A DNA stretch of 64,000 nucleotides, taken from contig JAGBIO010000011.1 in assembly GCA_017934955.1 (NCBI GenBank), positions 39,515-103,514 of the forward strand, in the 5' to 3' direction. Under the pieces are notes generated by a model. That model searched no databases. It saw nothing but the letters and a program-made list of their open reading frames with translations, and was not told the origin of the DNA. Below, in pieces: positions 42,361 through 52,401 of the stretch. Numbering within the stretch: the stretch's first letter is position 1; every line of letters starts with the position of its first letter. Made by a program: the position numbers and the translations under genes. Source of the DNA: Clostridia bacterium (GTDB lineage: Bacteria > Bacillota > Clostridia > TANB77 > RGIG9151).

Positions 42361-42389
42361 TTGACATCAGGAACAATCCGAGGTATGAT
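42361..42389 (+). promoter_or_regulatory. Sigma-A type promoter of the ClpX-paralog gene
   Basis: TTGACA (42361-42366), a 17-nt spacer, then TATGAT (42384-42389). Confidence 0.6.
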
Positions 42390-42462
42390 TATACGCAAGG
42401 AAAGTCTTTATGGAAACAAGTTTTGGTAAAAATTTGGGACGTTGAAAAGGGAGGTCATGAGA

Positions 42463-43776
42463 ATGTCCGGTATTTGTGCATGTTGCGGTAAAAAGTGTCA
42501 CGATATCGATTCCGGTCATATTCCTTTTTTGGTTTGGACGGAGCCTAATATCTGTTCGGAGTGTGTGGAGTTTTTGGAGAATGAACGAAGTGAGAGATGT
42601 CACGAGATTCTGAGTCATAATGAAGATGTGATTTGGTATGTTCGTCAGACGATTGCACCGGATTTTCCAGGTCCCGGTACCGAATATGTTCGTTTGGATA
42701 TTCGAAATGGTGCTCTTGCGATTGGAGTTGATACTTCGAAAGTTTCTTCGGAGCAAGAAGAGAATTTTGAAAAGAAGATGGAAAAAACGAGTCTTGATTA
42801 TCCGGAAGTGATGGCGGAAGTTCTTCAGAGCGTTTGTGAGCAAGATAACTCGGTTTTGGAAATTGGCAGAATTATCTTTCATAATCAGCAGGCATTGGCT
42901 TATAAAAAACAACATCCGGAAATGCCTATGAGAAAGCAGAATGCTTTTATTGTAGGTCCTACGGGAACCGGAAAAACGATGTCGATTACCAAGACCTGCG
43001 AATATCTTGGAATTCCTTATACGATTGTCGATTCTACAGAATTGACACAAACTGGTTATGTGGGAAAAGATGTCAGCAGTATCTTTGAGGATTTGGTGAT
43101 GTCGGCGAACGGCGATCTTGAAGCTGCGGAAGGCGGTATTATTGTTCTGGATGAGTTTGATAAAAAAGAGGCTAAAAATAGCGGTTCCGGTCCGGATGTG
43201 AGCGGAAAATGTGTACTGGACAGCCTCTTAAAGGCTGTTGAAGGAACACAGATTACCTTGCGAGATGGTGATGTTTTGGATACTTCCGGCATTACGTTTT
43301 TTGCACTTGGTGCGTATCCTCGGCTGGAGGAAATTCGCCGGGAAAGGCTCTGTGGTAAAAAGTCGATGGGATTTGCCCAAGAGACGGTTCCTATTCTTTC
43401 TGAGAAAAAATATGTGTGGACGGATTTGGAAAAGCATGGATTGACAAAGGAGCTGGTTGGCAGATTCCCTTGTATCATTGAATTTACGAATTTTACGGAG
43501 GAAGGCTATCGGAATATTCTGCTTCGTTCGCAGGATTCTGAGTGGAAGTGCCAGAAAGCTCTTTTTGCAGATTCCTATGGTTTGGAGTTGGAGATTTCGG
43601 AAGCAGGTATCCAGTATGTTGTTGAGAAAGCAAAGTCGTATAAAATCGGAGCCCGCGGCCTTAATGCTGTGATTACATCTTTGTTGAAAGATGTGGAACA
43701 GGCTGCGCTTTCGGGACGAATTAAAAAGAAAAAGGTTGTGATTGGCGAGGGAGGTAAAGTAGAATATTGCGATTAA
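42463..43776 (+). CDS. ClpX-like AAA+ ATPase paralog with a divergent N-terminal region
   Basis: Start moved to ATG 42463, 9 nt after GGAGG. The N-terminal C4-type motif is CACCGKKC...CSEC. A ~120-aa unique region follows. The AAA+ core has GPTGTGKT, pore-loop GYVGKDV and Walker B IIVLDEFDK. A MGF tripeptide sits at the position of the ClpX IGF loop. Confidence 0.75.
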   Translation: MSGICACCGKKCHDIDSGHIPFLVWTEPNICSECVEFLENERSERCHEILSHNEDVIWYVRQTIAPDFPGPGTEYVRLDIRNGALAIGVDTSKVSSEQEENFEKKMEKTSLDYPEVMAEVLQSVCEQDNSVLEIGRIIFHNQQALAYKKQHPEMPMRKQNAFIVGPTGTGKTMSITKTCEYLGIPYTIVDSTELTQTGYVGKDVSSIFEDLVMSANGDLEAAEGGIIVLDEFDKKEAKNSGSGPDVSGKCVLDSLLKAVEGTQITLRDGDVLDTSGITFFALGAYPRLEEIRRERLCGKKSMGFAQETVPILSEKKYVWTDLEKHGLTKELVGRFPCIIEFTNFTEEGYRNILLRSQDSEWKCQKALFADSYGLELEISEAGIQYVVEKAKSYKIGARGLNAVITSLLKDVEQAALSGRIKKKKVVIGEGGKVEYCD

Positions 43777-43783
43777 AGAAAAA

Positions 43784-43812
43784 AGTCAGTTTCTTCGGAA
43801 ACTGACTTTTTT
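43784..43812 (+). terminator. Rho-independent terminator
   Basis: AGTCAGTTTC-TTCG-GAAACTGACT-TTTTT. Confidence 0.85.
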
Positions 43813-43912
43813 CTTATGGGTAAATAAAAATTAACTTCTCGGTCTATGGGAGCTTATTAAAATCGTTAGTAAAATTAACTTATCGGTAGTAAATCATACT
43901 GGGAGGTTGGCT

Positions 43913-44239
43913 ATGGAGTATAGATTAATTGGAAATAGAATTAAAACAGCAAGACAGGAGAAGCATTTGACGCAGGAGAAATTTGCAGAGTGCTTGGGTG
44001 TGTCGGTTAGTTTTATCAGCCAGGTGGAATCCGGCGGAAAGAAGTTTAATTTGGAGAGAATTACGGAAGTATGCCGTATTTTAGATAAACCGATTGGTTA
44101 TTTTATAGATGGCAGTAATGAAAGTATCGATGATCCTAAAATTGCGGATATTGTGGAACTTTTAAGTACGATGAATTTGAAGAAGCTACGCTTGATTCGA
44201 GATATTGTGCGTGTTGTGGCTTTTTCGGATGAGGTGTAA
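43913..44239 (+). CDS. XRE-family HTH transcriptional regulator (108 aa)
   Basis: ATG 43913 sits 6 nt after GGGAGG. IKTARQEKHLTQEKFAECLGVSVSFISQVESGGKKFNLERITEVCRILDKPIGYF. Confidence 0.85.
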   Translation: MEYRLIGNRIKTARQEKHLTQEKFAECLGVSVSFISQVESGGKKFNLERITEVCRILDKPIGYFIDGSNESIDDPKIADIVELLSTMNLKKLRLIRDIVRVVAFSDEV

Positions 44240-44305
44240 ACAAAACTATTTTTGCTTTCATATAATAGTGTAGAGTATTTTTTGACTCGGATGGAGGTGT
44301 ATTCT

Positions 44306-44683
44306 ATGCGTTGTGATTGCGAAAGTGGTTGTTTTTGGTCATTAGCCGGTGGTTTGATTTTAGGAATTCTTTTGGCAGTTTTTGGGGGTTCCGTTTTTGG
44401 TATAGCGGTAATCGGACTTGGTGTGGCACTTTTGTTCTTGATTTTGGCTTTTGTCACATTAGTAAGAGTTGATCGGCGGGATGAGGAAGTAAAAAGATGT
44501 ATTTGCAGAAAATTTCCTTGTTTACTTGCAGGGATTTTTTTGACACTGATTACCTCGGTGTTTGTACTGGTATTAGAAGTTTTCAGTGCAATAGCCGCTT
44601 TCTTTGTTGGTTGGTTCTTTTTCTTTATGCTTTTTGCTATGCTCGCGTTTTTGGTGTGTGTGATTAGACGCTTGTGCGATTAG
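44306..44683 (+). CDS. Small Cys-rich multi-pass membrane protein (125 aa)
   Basis: ATG 44306 sits 7 nt after GGAGGTG. The N-terminus is MRCDCESGCFW, followed by 3-4 hydrophobic segments. It lies 66 nt downstream of the XRE gene. Confidence 0.6.
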   Translation: MRCDCESGCFWSLAGGLILGILLAVFGGSVFGIAVIGLGVALLFLILAFVTLVRVDRRDEEVKRCICRKFPCLLAGIFLTLITSVFVLVLEVFSAIAAFFVGWFFFFMLFAMLAFLVCVIRRLCD

Positions 44684-44696
44684 TAAAGAATCGATA

Positions 44697-44720
44697 GGAC
44701 AGCATAAATGCTGTCCGTAC
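44697..44720. repeat. Single REP
   Basis: GGACAGCATAAATGCTGTCC-GTAC. Confidence 0.9.
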
Positions 44721-44735
44721 AGAGAATGTTCGTAG

Positions 44736-44795
44736 GAGTTTGTAAAAAAACACCTCGGAAAATTTTATTTTTCCGAGGTGTTTTTTTACAAACTC
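44736..44795. terminator. Long perfect palindrome, bidirectional terminator
   Basis: GAGTTTGTAAAAAAACACCTCGGAAAA-TTTTA-TTTTTCCGAGGTGTTTTTTTACAAACTC. Confidence 0.8.
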
Positions 44796-44881
44796 TGTTT
44801 TTCTTTTTAAAATTGTTAATATCCGCTGATATTCTTTTTTCTACAAATACGAAAAAAAGTGAAAAAATCTTTAAAAAACTA

Positions 44882-44910
44882 TTGCCAAAATTTGCATTAT
44901 GGTGTAAAAT
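44882..44910 (+). promoter_or_regulatory. Sigma-A promoter of the S10 operon (extended -10)
   Basis: TTGCCA (44882-44887), a 17-nt spacer ending in TG, then TAAAAT (44905-44910). Confidence 0.6.
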
Positions 44911-44916
44911 ATAAAA

Positions 44917-45182
44917 TGTTGTGACAGATACGCGTTGAAGCGAAAGGTGGCGCAAACCGGTGACGGTAAGGTGGGAACTTTCGTGGAGCATGTCCGATTT
45001 TAAACCGGGCGACAAGCTATAATTAAGAAAGATTTAACTGTTTGGTTTCATTCTTTTGAGGTTTTCCCGGGGTGAGGACTGTCTTGGTCCTATTGTCTCG
45101 GGTTTTTAAATGAGATTGCATGAAACACCAGGAGACGTTGATGAAGCTTGGCGCTGTATATCAAACAAAAGGAGGAATTGAT
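44917..45182 (+). promoter_or_regulatory. ~265-nt structured, GC-richer leader of the S10 operon with a terminator-like hairpin (45066-45107)
   Basis: Hairpin is CCCGGGGTGAGGAC-TGTCTTG-GTCC..TGTCTCGGG followed by TTTTT, 75 nt before the rpsJ start. An upstream CGC-AAA-CCGGT ... ACCGG-GCG helix is also present. Confidence 0.45.
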
Positions 45183-45497
45183 GTGACAAGTAACAGCGAA
45201 AAAATTAGAATCAGATTGAAGGCTTATGAACATCAAGTGTTAGATCTTTCTGCAGCAAAAATCATTGATACTGCAAAGAGAACGGGAGCTAAGATTTCCG
45301 GACCGATTCCACTTCCGACAGAGAAGGAAATCGTTACGATCTTAAAATCCCCACACAAACACAAGGATTCAAGAGAGCAATTTGAAATGAGAACACACAA
45401 GAGATTGATTGATGTTCTCTATCCGACACAAAAAACTATCGAAGCTTTAACAAAGTTGGATTTACCTGCCGGCGTTGAAATCGAAGTAAAGTTATAG
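45183..45497 (+). CDS. rpsJ: 30S ribosomal protein S10
   Basis: GTG start 7 nt after AGGAGG. The sequence ..[41 protein letters not shown].. is the S10 signature. Confidence 0.95.
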   Translation: MTSNSEKIRIRLKAYEHQVLDLSAAKIIDTAKRTGAKISGPIPLPTEKEIVTILKSPHKHKDSREQFEMRTHKRLIDVLYPTQKTIEALTKLDLPAGVEIEVKL

Positions 45498-45606
45498 TCG
45501 GAAAAAGGTTTCTGAGAAGAAACGAGCAGGAAAAGCAAAATTTGATTGCTTTCCCGGTCATGTTCACGGAAATGGTGAACCAATAACCTAAGGAGGAGAA
45601 AGAGAA

Positions 45607-46239
45607 ATGAAAAAAGCTATATTAGCTAAGAAAATCGGTATGACACAAATTTTCTTAGAAGATGGAAAAGTGCTTCCGGTAACAGTTGTAGAAGCTGGAC
45701 CATGCGTAGTTATCCAAAAGAAAACAGTTGAAACAGATGGATACAACGCAATTAAAGTTGCTTTTGGCGAAATTCGTGAGAAGCTCGTTAATAAAGCAAG
45801 AAAAGGAGAATTTGCTAAGGCAAATGTTTCCGCTAAGAGATACTTAAGAGAATTTAGATTTGATGACGTGTCTTCTTATAATGTTGGAGATGAAATCAAG
45901 GCTGACGTATTTGCTGCCGGTGATACGGTTGATGCAAGCGGTATTACAAAAGGACATGGTTTCGCAGGCGTTATTAAGAGACATGGTGCACATAGAGGTC
46001 CTATGGCCCACGGTTCTATGTATCATAGAAGACCGGGTTCTATGGGTGCACACAGTGATCCGGGTAGAGTATTTAAGGGCAAGAAGTTACCGGGACACAT
46101 GGGTGTTGAAAATGTAACAATTATCAACTTGGATGTTGTTAAAGTTGATGCTGATAAGAATCTTTTGTTTATTAAAGGCAGTGTGCCGGGACCTAAGGGC
46201 AGCCTTCTTTATATCAGAGATTCTGTAAAGAATAAGTAG
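45607..46239 (+). CDS. rplC: 50S ribosomal protein L3
   Basis: N-terminus is [16 protein letters not shown]..; position in the S10 operon. Confidence 0.97.
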   Translation: MKKAILAKKIGMTQIFLEDGKVLPVTVVEAGPCVVIQKKTVETDGYNAIKVAFGEIREKLVNKARKGEFAKANVSAKRYLREFRFDDVSSYNVGDEIKADVFAAGDTVDASGITKGHGFAGVIKRHGAHRGPMAHGSMYHRRPGSMGAHSDPGRVFKGKKLPGHMGVENVTIINLDVVKVDADKNLLFIKGSVPGPKGSLLYIRDSVKNK

Positions 46240-46251
46240 GAAGGAGGATAA

Positions 46252-46878
46252 ATGATGCCTAAGTTGGATTTATATGATGTAAACGGAAAAGTAGTTGGAA
46301 ACGTTACTTTAAAAGATGAAGTTTTCAATACAGAAATCAATACAGATGTAATGTATATGGCTGTTGAAAGTTACCTTGCTAATCAAAGACAGGGAACACA
46401 GTCTACAAAGACAAGAGCGGAAGTTCGCGGCGGTGGTGTAAAGCCTTGGAAACAAAAGGGAACAGGTCGTGCTCGTCAAGGCAGTATTCGTGCTCCGCAA
46501 TGGATTAAGGGTGGTATTGCACTTGGACCGAAACCAAGAACATATACAATTAAATTAAATAAGAAAGTTAAGAGAATCGCATTAAAGTCTGCGTTAAGTT
46601 CTAAAGTTGCTGAAAACAATATGATCGTATTAAATGAACTTAATTTCTCTGAAATTAAGACAAAGAATATGGTAGAAGTTTTGAAGAACTTGAACCTTGA
46701 TACAAACGCTTTAATCGTTTTAGGTGAAAAGAATGAAAATGTAGTAAGATCTGCAAAGAATATTCCTAACGTTAAAACAGCATATGTAAACACAATTAAT
46801 GTGTATGACATTGTAAAGTATAACAAGTTTATCGTAACGGAAGATGCAGCTCATAAGATTGAGGAGGTGTATGCATAA
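46252..46878 (+). CDS. rplD: 50S ribosomal protein L4
   Basis: ..[39 protein letters not shown].. Confidence 0.97.
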   Translation: MMPKLDLYDVNGKVVGNVTLKDEVFNTEINTDVMYMAVESYLANQRQGTQSTKTRAEVRGGGVKPWKQKGTGRARQGSIRAPQWIKGGIALGPKPRTYTIKLNKKVKRIALKSALSSKVAENNMIVLNELNFSEIKTKNMVEVLKNLNLDTNALIVLGEKNENVVRSAKNIPNVKTAYVNTINVYDIVKYNKFIVTEDAAHKIEEVYA

Positions 46879-47228
46879 TGACAGCCCACGAGATCATTAT
46901 TAAGCCGATTATTACAGAAAAAAGTAATATGGCAATGGCAGAAGGAAAATATACCTTCAAAGTACACAAAGATGCATCGAAAACTGAAATCAAGAAAGCA
47001 GTTGAAGAATTATTCGGTGTAAAGGTTGAATCTGTTAATACAGTAAGCATGCCGGGAAAAGTAAAGAGAATGGGAGTTCATTCCGGAAAAACAGCAGATT
47101 GGAAGAAAGCAGTTGTTAAGATTGATACAAACCCATCTGATGCAGATTACTTAACAAAGGGCGGAAAGACAGCTTCGACCGGTAAGAAATATAAGACAGA
47201 GATTGCTGATTTTAATCCACAAGTGTAG
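46878..47228 (+). CDS. rplW: 50S ribosomal protein L23 (116 aa, C-terminal extension)
   Basis: ..[23 protein letters not shown]...[19 protein letters not shown]..; the ATG overlaps the rplD stop. Confidence 0.95.
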   Translation: MTAHEIIIKPIITEKSNMAMAEGKYTFKVHKDASKTEIKKAVEELFGVKVESVNTVSMPGKVKRMGVHSGKTADWKKAVVKIDTNPSDADYLTKGGKTASTGKKYKTEIADFNPQV

Positions 47229-47318
47229 AATGCACTATGGAAAGAGATTGCACAATCTTATCGAATGTAAAGGGAAATTCCTTCCCTGCAAAACGAAATT
47301 AGAAATGGAGTGAAAATA

Positions 47319-48152
47319 ATGGGAATTAAGAAATATAGTCCTACGACTCCTTCGAGACGTAATATGACTGTTTCGACTTTTGAAGAAATTACAAAGAAGT
47401 CTCCTGAGAAATCTCTTCTTACTTCTCTTAACAAGAAGGGCGGAAGAAATTCTTACGGAAGAATAACAGTTCGTCATATCGGCGGAGGAAACAAAACAAA
47501 ATACAGAGTAATTGATTTTAAGAGAAATAAAGATGGAATGAATGCAACCGTTATCGGTATTGAATATGATCCGAACCGTTCTGCAAACATTGCATTGTTG
47601 GAATATGAAGATAAGGAAAGAAGATATATCTTGGCTCCTATCGGCTTAAAGGATGGCGATATCGTTCGTTCCGGAGCTGATGCGGATATTAAGCCGGGTA
47701 ATGCACTTCCGATTGAAAATATTCCGGTTGGTACTATGGTACACAACATTGAAATGAAACCTGGTAAGGGTGGACAAATTGCGAGATCTGCCGGTATTGC
47801 CGCTCAAATTATGGCAAAAGAAGGAGATTATGCACATTTAAGACTTCCTTCCGGTGAAATGAGATTAATTCGCGTTAAATGTAAGGCTACTATTGGTGAA
47901 GTTGGAAACACAGATCACGAAAACTTCTCTTTAGGTAAAGCCGGTAAGACAAGACATTTGGGTATCAAGCCTGCCGTTCGTGGTGCTGTTATGAACCCTT
48001 GCGATCACCCACATGGCGGTGGTGAAGGTAAGTCTCCTGTTGGACGTCCGGGACCTGTTACTCCTTGGGGTAAACCTGCTCTTGGATATAAGACAAGAAA
48101 TAAGAAGAATCCTTCTAATAAATATATCGTTAGAAGAAGAAACGGCAAGTAG
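47319..48152 (+). CDS. rplB: 50S ribosomal protein L2
   Basis: Start moved to ATG 47319 ([14 protein letters not shown]). ..[14 protein letters not shown].. Confidence 0.97.
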   Translation: MGIKKYSPTTPSRRNMTVSTFEEITKKSPEKSLLTSLNKKGGRNSYGRITVRHIGGGNKTKYRVIDFKRNKDGMNATVIGIEYDPNRSANIALLEYEDKERRYILAPIGLKDGDIVRSGADADIKPGNALPIENIPVGTMVHNIEMKPGKGGQIARSAGIAAQIMAKEGDYAHLRLPSGEMRLIRVKCKATIGEVGNTDHENFSLGKAGKTRHLGIKPAVRGAVMNPCDHPHGGGEGKSPVGRPGPVTPWGKPALGYKTRNKKNPSNKYIVRRRNGK

Positions 48153-48161
48153 AGTTGGGAA

Positions 48162-48241
48162 GGACACAATAAATTGTGTCCGTACAAAAACTCTATTTTA
48201 TAACGGAGATACGCTCCGTAGGGACACAATTTATTGTGTCC
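48162..48241. repeat. REP doublet inside the S10 operon (rplB-rpsS spacer)
   Basis: 48162-48185 is GGACACAATAAATTGTGTCC-GTAC. 48218-48241 is GTAG-GGACACAATTTATTGTGTCC. Confidence 0.92.
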
Positions 48242-48308
48242 GTGTGATAACAAGTTAAAATGCTATTGTCACATGACAATAGAAATAAACGAAGAGGAGT
48301 TGTTTGAT

Positions 48309-48596
48309 TTGAGTAGATCTATGAAAAAAGGACCTTTCGTTGCTGAAAGCTTAATGAGGAAAATCCAAGCAATGAATAAGGCTAATGAGAAAAACGTTAT
48401 TAAAACATGGTCAAGATCTTCTACAATTTTTCCAAACATGGTAGGACATACAATCGCTGTACATGATGGTAGAAAACATGTACCTGTATATATTACCGAA
48501 GAAATGATTGGACATAAATTAGGAGAATTTGCACCTACAAGAACATTTAAGGGACACACAGACCGTGCTGCGAAGTCTGTTCCTGCTAAGAAGTAA
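48309..48596 (+). CDS. rpsS: 30S ribosomal protein S19
   Basis: TTG start at 48309, 9 nt after [24 protein letters not shown].. matches the S19 N-terminus. The track start lies in the REP. Confidence 0.93.
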   Translation: MSRSMKKGPFVAESLMRKIQAMNKANEKNVIKTWSRSSTIFPNMVGHTIAVHDGRKHVPVYITEEMIGHKLGEFAPTRTFKGHTDRAAKSVPAKK

Positions 48597-48617
48597 TAAG
48601 GAAGGAGGATAAAGAAT

Positions 48618-49076
48618 ATGAGTACAAGAACTAAGGAAGAGATTCAAGAAATCTGGGATGCAACAAAAGCGCCTCATACAAAGAGCAATCGCCCTCCGGT
48701 ACTTACCAAGAAAGAGAAGAAATTAATCGGTGTTGGCAAAGATGAAGGAAGAGCAGTATTAAAATATGCGAGAATATCTTCAAGAAAAGTAAAAATCGTA
48801 GCAGATTTGATAAAAGGTAAGAATGCTGTAGAAGCAATGAATATTTTGAAGTTTACTCCGAAAGCAGGTTCTTCTATTTTAGCGAAATTATTAAAATCTG
48901 CAATGAGCAATGCAGAAAATAATAACAATTTATCAGTGGATAACCTTGTGGTTGCTGAAGTTTATGCAAATCAAGGACCTACAATGAAGAGATTAATGCC
49001 GAAAGCACAAGGAAGAGGCGCAAGAATTCGTAAGAGAACAAGCCACATTACTGTTGTGCTTAGAGAAGCGAAATAA
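48618..49076 (+). CDS. rplV: 50S ribosomal protein L22 with a ~38-aa N-terminal extension
   Basis: The core is ..ARISSRKVKIVADLIKGKNAVEAMNILKFTPKAGSSILAKLLKSAMSNAENN.. A strong RBS (AGGAGG) precedes the 48618 ATG, and no internal Met lies before the core. Confidence 0.93.
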   Translation: MSTRTKEEIQEIWDATKAPHTKSNRPPVLTKKEKKLIGVGKDEGRAVLKYARISSRKVKIVADLIKGKNAVEAMNILKFTPKAGSSILAKLLKSAMSNAENNNNLSVDNLVVAEVYANQGPTMKRLMPKAQGRGARIRKRTSHITVVLREAK

Positions 49077-49088
49077 GGAGGGAAAATC

Positions 49089-49751
49089 ATGGGACAAAAA
49101 ACACACCCACATGGCGTTAGAGTGGGTATTATCAAAGACTGGAACTCCAAGTGGTACGCTGATAAGAAAACATTCGGAGATAGTCTTGTAGAAGATAATA
49201 AGATTCGTAAATTTGTAAAGAGCAAGTTATTTGTTGCCGGAGTTTCTAAGATTGAAATCGAAAGAACAGCCGGAAAAGTAAAGGTTAGAGTTCATACTGC
49301 AAAACCGGGTATTGTAATCGGTAAAGGCGGAAACTTGGTAGAAGTTTTGCGTTCTGAATTAGAGAAGATTACAAAGAAGGAAACAGTTATTGATATCGTA
49401 GAAGTTAAGAATCCTGAAGTAAATGCACAATTAGTTGCAGAAAACATTGCAGGACAAATTGAAAAGAGAGTTGCTTTTAGACGTGCTATGAAACAAGCTA
49501 TGCAAAGAGCAATGAAAATGGGAGCAAAGGGAATTAAGACTTCGGCATCCGGAAGATTAGCAGGTGCTGAAATCGCGAGAACAGAGCATTATCATGAAGG
49601 TACGATTCCGCTTCAAACATTAAGAGCTGATATTGATTACGGTTTTTATGAAGCTGATACAACTTATGGTAAGATTGGTGTTAAGGTTTGGATTTATAAA
49701 GGTCAAGTGCTTCCTACAAATAAAAACAAGAAAGCTAAAGGGGGCGAATAA
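49089..49751 (+). CDS. rpsC: 30S ribosomal protein S3
   Basis: N-terminus is [24 protein letters not shown].., with KH and S3-C domains. Confidence 0.97.
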   Translation: MGQKTHPHGVRVGIIKDWNSKWYADKKTFGDSLVEDNKIRKFVKSKLFVAGVSKIEIERTAGKVKVRVHTAKPGIVIGKGGNLVEVLRSELEKITKKETVIDIVEVKNPEVNAQLVAENIAGQIEKRVAFRRAMKQAMQRAMKMGAKGIKTSASGRLAGAEIARTEHYHEGTIPLQTLRADIDYGFYEADTTYGKIGVKVWIYKGQVLPTNKNKKAKGGE

Positions 49752-49753
49752 TT

Positions 49754-50194
49754 ATGTTGATGCCTAAAAGAGTAAAATACAGAAAGATGCAAAGAGGTAG
49801 AATGACCGGTATTGCAACACGTGGAAACGTTGTTAGCGATGGAGAATACGGTCTTCAAGCAACAGAACCGGCTTGGATCACAGCAAATCAGATCGAAGCT
49901 GCCAGAATCGCTATGACCCGTTACATTAAGAGAGGCGGTCAGGTTTGGATTAAGATTTTCCCTGATAAATCTGTTTCCAAGAAGCCTGCTGAAACTCGTA
50001 TGGGTAGTGGTAAAGGTTCTCCGGAATACTGGGTTGCAGTTGTTAAGCCGGGAAGAGTACTTTTTGAAATTGCCGGAGTAAGTGAAGAATTGGCAAGAGA
50101 AGCTATGAGACTTGCAAGTCACAAGCTTCCTATTAAGTGCAAATTCGTTACTCGTGAAAACAATATAGGTGGTGAAGAAAATGAAGCCAAGTAA
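49754..50194 (+). CDS. rplP: 50S ribosomal protein L16
   Basis: N-terminus is [19 protein letters not shown].. Confidence 0.97.
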   Translation: MLMPKRVKYRKMQRGRMTGIATRGNVVSDGEYGLQATEPAWITANQIEAARIAMTRYIKRGGQVWIKIFPDKSVSKKPAETRMGSGKGSPEYWVAVVKPGRVLFEIAGVSEELAREAMRLASHKLPIKCKFVTRENNIGGEENEAK

Positions 50195-50381
50195 AATTAG
50201 AGAAATGTCAAATGTTGAATTAGAAAATGAACTTTCTAATTTGAAAGCGGAGTTATTTAAGTTGAGATTCCAAAGTGCTACACAGCAATTGGATAATCCA
50301 TTACAGATAAGAAATGTCAGACGTGATATTGCAAGAGTAAAGACGATTTTGAGAGAAAGAGAATTAGCCGGAAGCAATTAA
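50181..50381 (+). CDS. rpmC: 50S ribosomal protein L29
   Basis: Start moved to ATG 50181 ([31 protein letters not shown]). It overlaps the rplP end. Confidence 0.93.
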   Translation: MKPSKIREMSNVELENELSNLKAELFKLRFQSATQQLDNPLQIRNVRRDIARVKTILRERELAGSN

Positions 50382-50437
50382 TCCGTCTGGTGACAGAATA
50401 ACCAATATTGAATTTTGATGAAAGGGGGATTATCGTA

Positions 50438-50698
50438 ATGGAAGAAACAAGAGGAAGAAGAAAGGTTAGAATCGGTAAAGTTGTAAGCAACAAGATGGAT
50501 AAGACAATCGTTGTTACAATTTCTGAGAATAAAAAACATCCTTTATATAACAAAGTTATGAAATCTACGTACAGATTGAAAGCTCATGATGAAGAAAATG
50601 CTTGTGGTATCGGCGATACGGTTAAGGTTGCTGAAACAAGACCGCTTAGCAAAGACAAGAGATGGAGATTGGTTGAAATCGTAGAAAAAGCTAAGTAA
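50438..50698 (+). CDS. rpsQ: 30S ribosomal protein S17
   Basis: Start moved to ATG 50438 ([26 protein letters not shown]). Confidence 0.94.
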   Translation: MEETRGRRKVRIGKVVSNKMDKTIVVTISENKKHPLYNKVMKSTYRLKAHDEENACGIGDTVKVAETRPLSKDKRWRLVEIVEKAK

Positions 50699-50748
50699 TT
50701 TAGAGACAGTAAAGATACGTTATATCGATACTGAAAGGAGTGAAAATA

Positions 50749-51114
50749 ATGATACAAGTACAATCAAGATTAAAAGTTGCTGATAATACAGGCGCTAAGG
50801 AAGTTATGTGTATAAAGGTTCTTGGCGGTTCTCATAGAAAATATGCGAATATCGGTGATGTTATTGTGGTTTCTGTTAAAACTGCAACACCCGGCGGAGT
50901 TGTTAAAAAGGGTGATGTAGCGAAAGCCGTTGTAGTTCGTTCTACAAAGGGAATTAAGAGAAACGATGGCACATCTATCAAGTTTGATGAAAATGCAGCA
51001 GTTTTGATTAAAGATGATAATACACCAAGAGGAACTCGTATTTTTGGACCTGTTGCTCGTGAATTAAGAGACGATTACATGAAGATTATTTCGTTAGCAC
51101 CGGAAGTGCTTTAA
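50749..51114 (+). CDS. rplN: 50S ribosomal protein L14
   Basis: Start moved to ATG 50749 ([18 protein letters not shown]). Confidence 0.97.
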   Translation: MIQVQSRLKVADNTGAKEVMCIKVLGGSHRKYANIGDVIVVSVKTATPGGVVKKGDVAKAVVVRSTKGIKRNDGTSIKFDENAAVLIKDDNTPRGTRIFGPVARELRDDYMKIISLAPEVL

Positions 51115-51154
51115 TCATTAGAATCGTGTTACCAAGTGAAAGAGGTGAAATGTA

Positions 51155-51472
51155 GTGAATATTAAAAAGGGTGATACCGTACAAATCGTATCAGGTGAAG
51201 ATAAAGGTAAAAAAGGTAAAGTTCTTCAAGCAATTCCTGCTGAAAATAAGATTTTAGTAGAAGGCGTTAATGTAAGAACAAAACATATAAAGGCAAGAAG
51301 CGCTCAACAACAAGGCGGAATTACAAAGCAAGAAGTTGCAATTCCGGCATCCAAAGCAATGGTTGTTTGTGGTAAATGCAAGAGCGTAACAAGAGTTGCA
51401 CATACTACACTTTCTGACGGAACAAAAGTTAGAACTTGTAAGAAATGTAACGAATCATTAGATGTTAAGTAA
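51155..51472 (+). CDS. rplX: 50S ribosomal protein L24
   Basis: GTG start. The KOW motif is KKGDTVQIVSGEDKGKKGKV. Confidence 0.95.
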   Translation: MNIKKGDTVQIVSGEDKGKKGKVLQAIPAENKILVEGVNVRTKHIKARSAQQQGGITKQEVAIPASKAMVVCGKCKSVTRVAHTTLSDGTKVRTCKKCNESLDVK

Positions 51473-51487
51473 AGGAGGGAATCTAAA

Positions 51488-52027
51488 ATGGAAAGATTAA
51501 AAGAAAAGTACTTAAATGAAATCGCACCTAAGCTAAAAGAAAAGTTCGGATATACTTCAGCAATGCAGATTCCTAAGCTTGAAAAAATCGTACTTAACAT
51601 GGGTGTTGGCGATGTAAGAGAAAATGCGAAAGCATTGGAAAATGCAGTTCATGATATGGAAACAATTACCGGACAAAAAGCAGTCGTAACAAAAGCAAAG
51701 AAAGCGATTGCTACGTTTAAGATTAGACAAGGAATGAACATTGGATGTAAAGTTACTTTAAGAGGGGAAAATATGTATACTTTCTTGGATAAGTTCATCA
51801 GTGTTGCATTACCGAGAGTTAGAGACTTCAGAGGAATTAATCCAAATTCTTTTGATGGAAGAGGAAACTATTCAATGGGTGTTAAGGAACAATTGATATT
51901 CCCTGAAATTGATTACGATAAAGTAGACAAAATCAGAGGTATGGATATTATATTTGTTACAACAGCAAAAACAGACATTGAAGCGAAAGAGTTACTTTCT
52001 CAACTTGGAATGCCGTTTGCTAACTAA
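51488..52027 (+). CDS. rplE: 50S ribosomal protein L5
   Basis: N-terminus is [41 protein letters not shown].. Confidence 0.97.
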   Translation: MERLKEKYLNEIAPKLKEKFGYTSAMQIPKLEKIVLNMGVGDVRENAKALENAVHDMETITGQKAVVTKAKKAIATFKIRQGMNIGCKVTLRGENMYTFLDKFISVALPRVRDFRGINPNSFDGRGNYSMGVKEQLIFPEIDYDKVDKIRGMDIIFVTTAKTDIEAKELLSQLGMPFAN

Positions 52028-52067
52028 TTAAAAGACGGTTTGAAAATTGTCAGAACGGAGGTAGAAC

Positions 52068-52253
52068 ATGGCAAAGAAATCTATGATCGCGAAACAAAAA
52101 AGAACACAAAAGTTCTCTACTCGCGAATATAACAGATGTAAAATTTGCGGAAGACCGCATGCATATATCAGAAAATTCGGAATTTGCCGTTTGTGTTTCA
52201 GAACTTTAGCTCACAGAGGAGAGATTCCTGGAGTAAAGAAAGCAAGCTGGTAA
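52068..52253 (+). CDS. rpsN: 30S ribosomal protein S14, type Z (zinc-binding, 61 aa)
   Basis: [46 protein letters not shown]. Confidence 0.96.
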   Translation: MAKKSMIAKQKRTQKFSTREYNRCKICGRPHAYIRKFGICRLCFRTLAHRGEIPGVKKASW

Positions 52254-52291
52254 TTTGCGAGGGCAGGGTTTGAAATAAATTTTGCTATTTG

Positions 52292-52352
52292 GGACAGCAT
52301 GAATGCTGTCCGTACGGATTGTGATGTGGTAGGGACACAATTTATTGTGTCC
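52292..52352. repeat. REP doublet inside the spc operon (rpsN-rpsH spacer)
   Basis: 52292-52315 is the CAGCAT class with ..GTAC. 52329-52352 is GTAG with the CACAAT class. Confidence 0.92.
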
Positions 52353-52401
52353 GTAGAACAGGCACGATAGTAAATAAGAATCAGAGAAGGAGGTAAATAG
52401 A

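Noticed and set aside
42367-43050. 227-aa minus-strand ORF
   Set aside because: It is antisense to the ClpX-like gene, whose AAA+ motifs are unambiguous. Its translation is low-complexity (R/F/I/N-rich) and has no RBS.
49703-50377. 224-aa minus-strand ORF across rpsC-rplP-rpmC
   Set aside because: It is antisense to three ribosomal protein genes, and its peptide has a non-protein-like composition.
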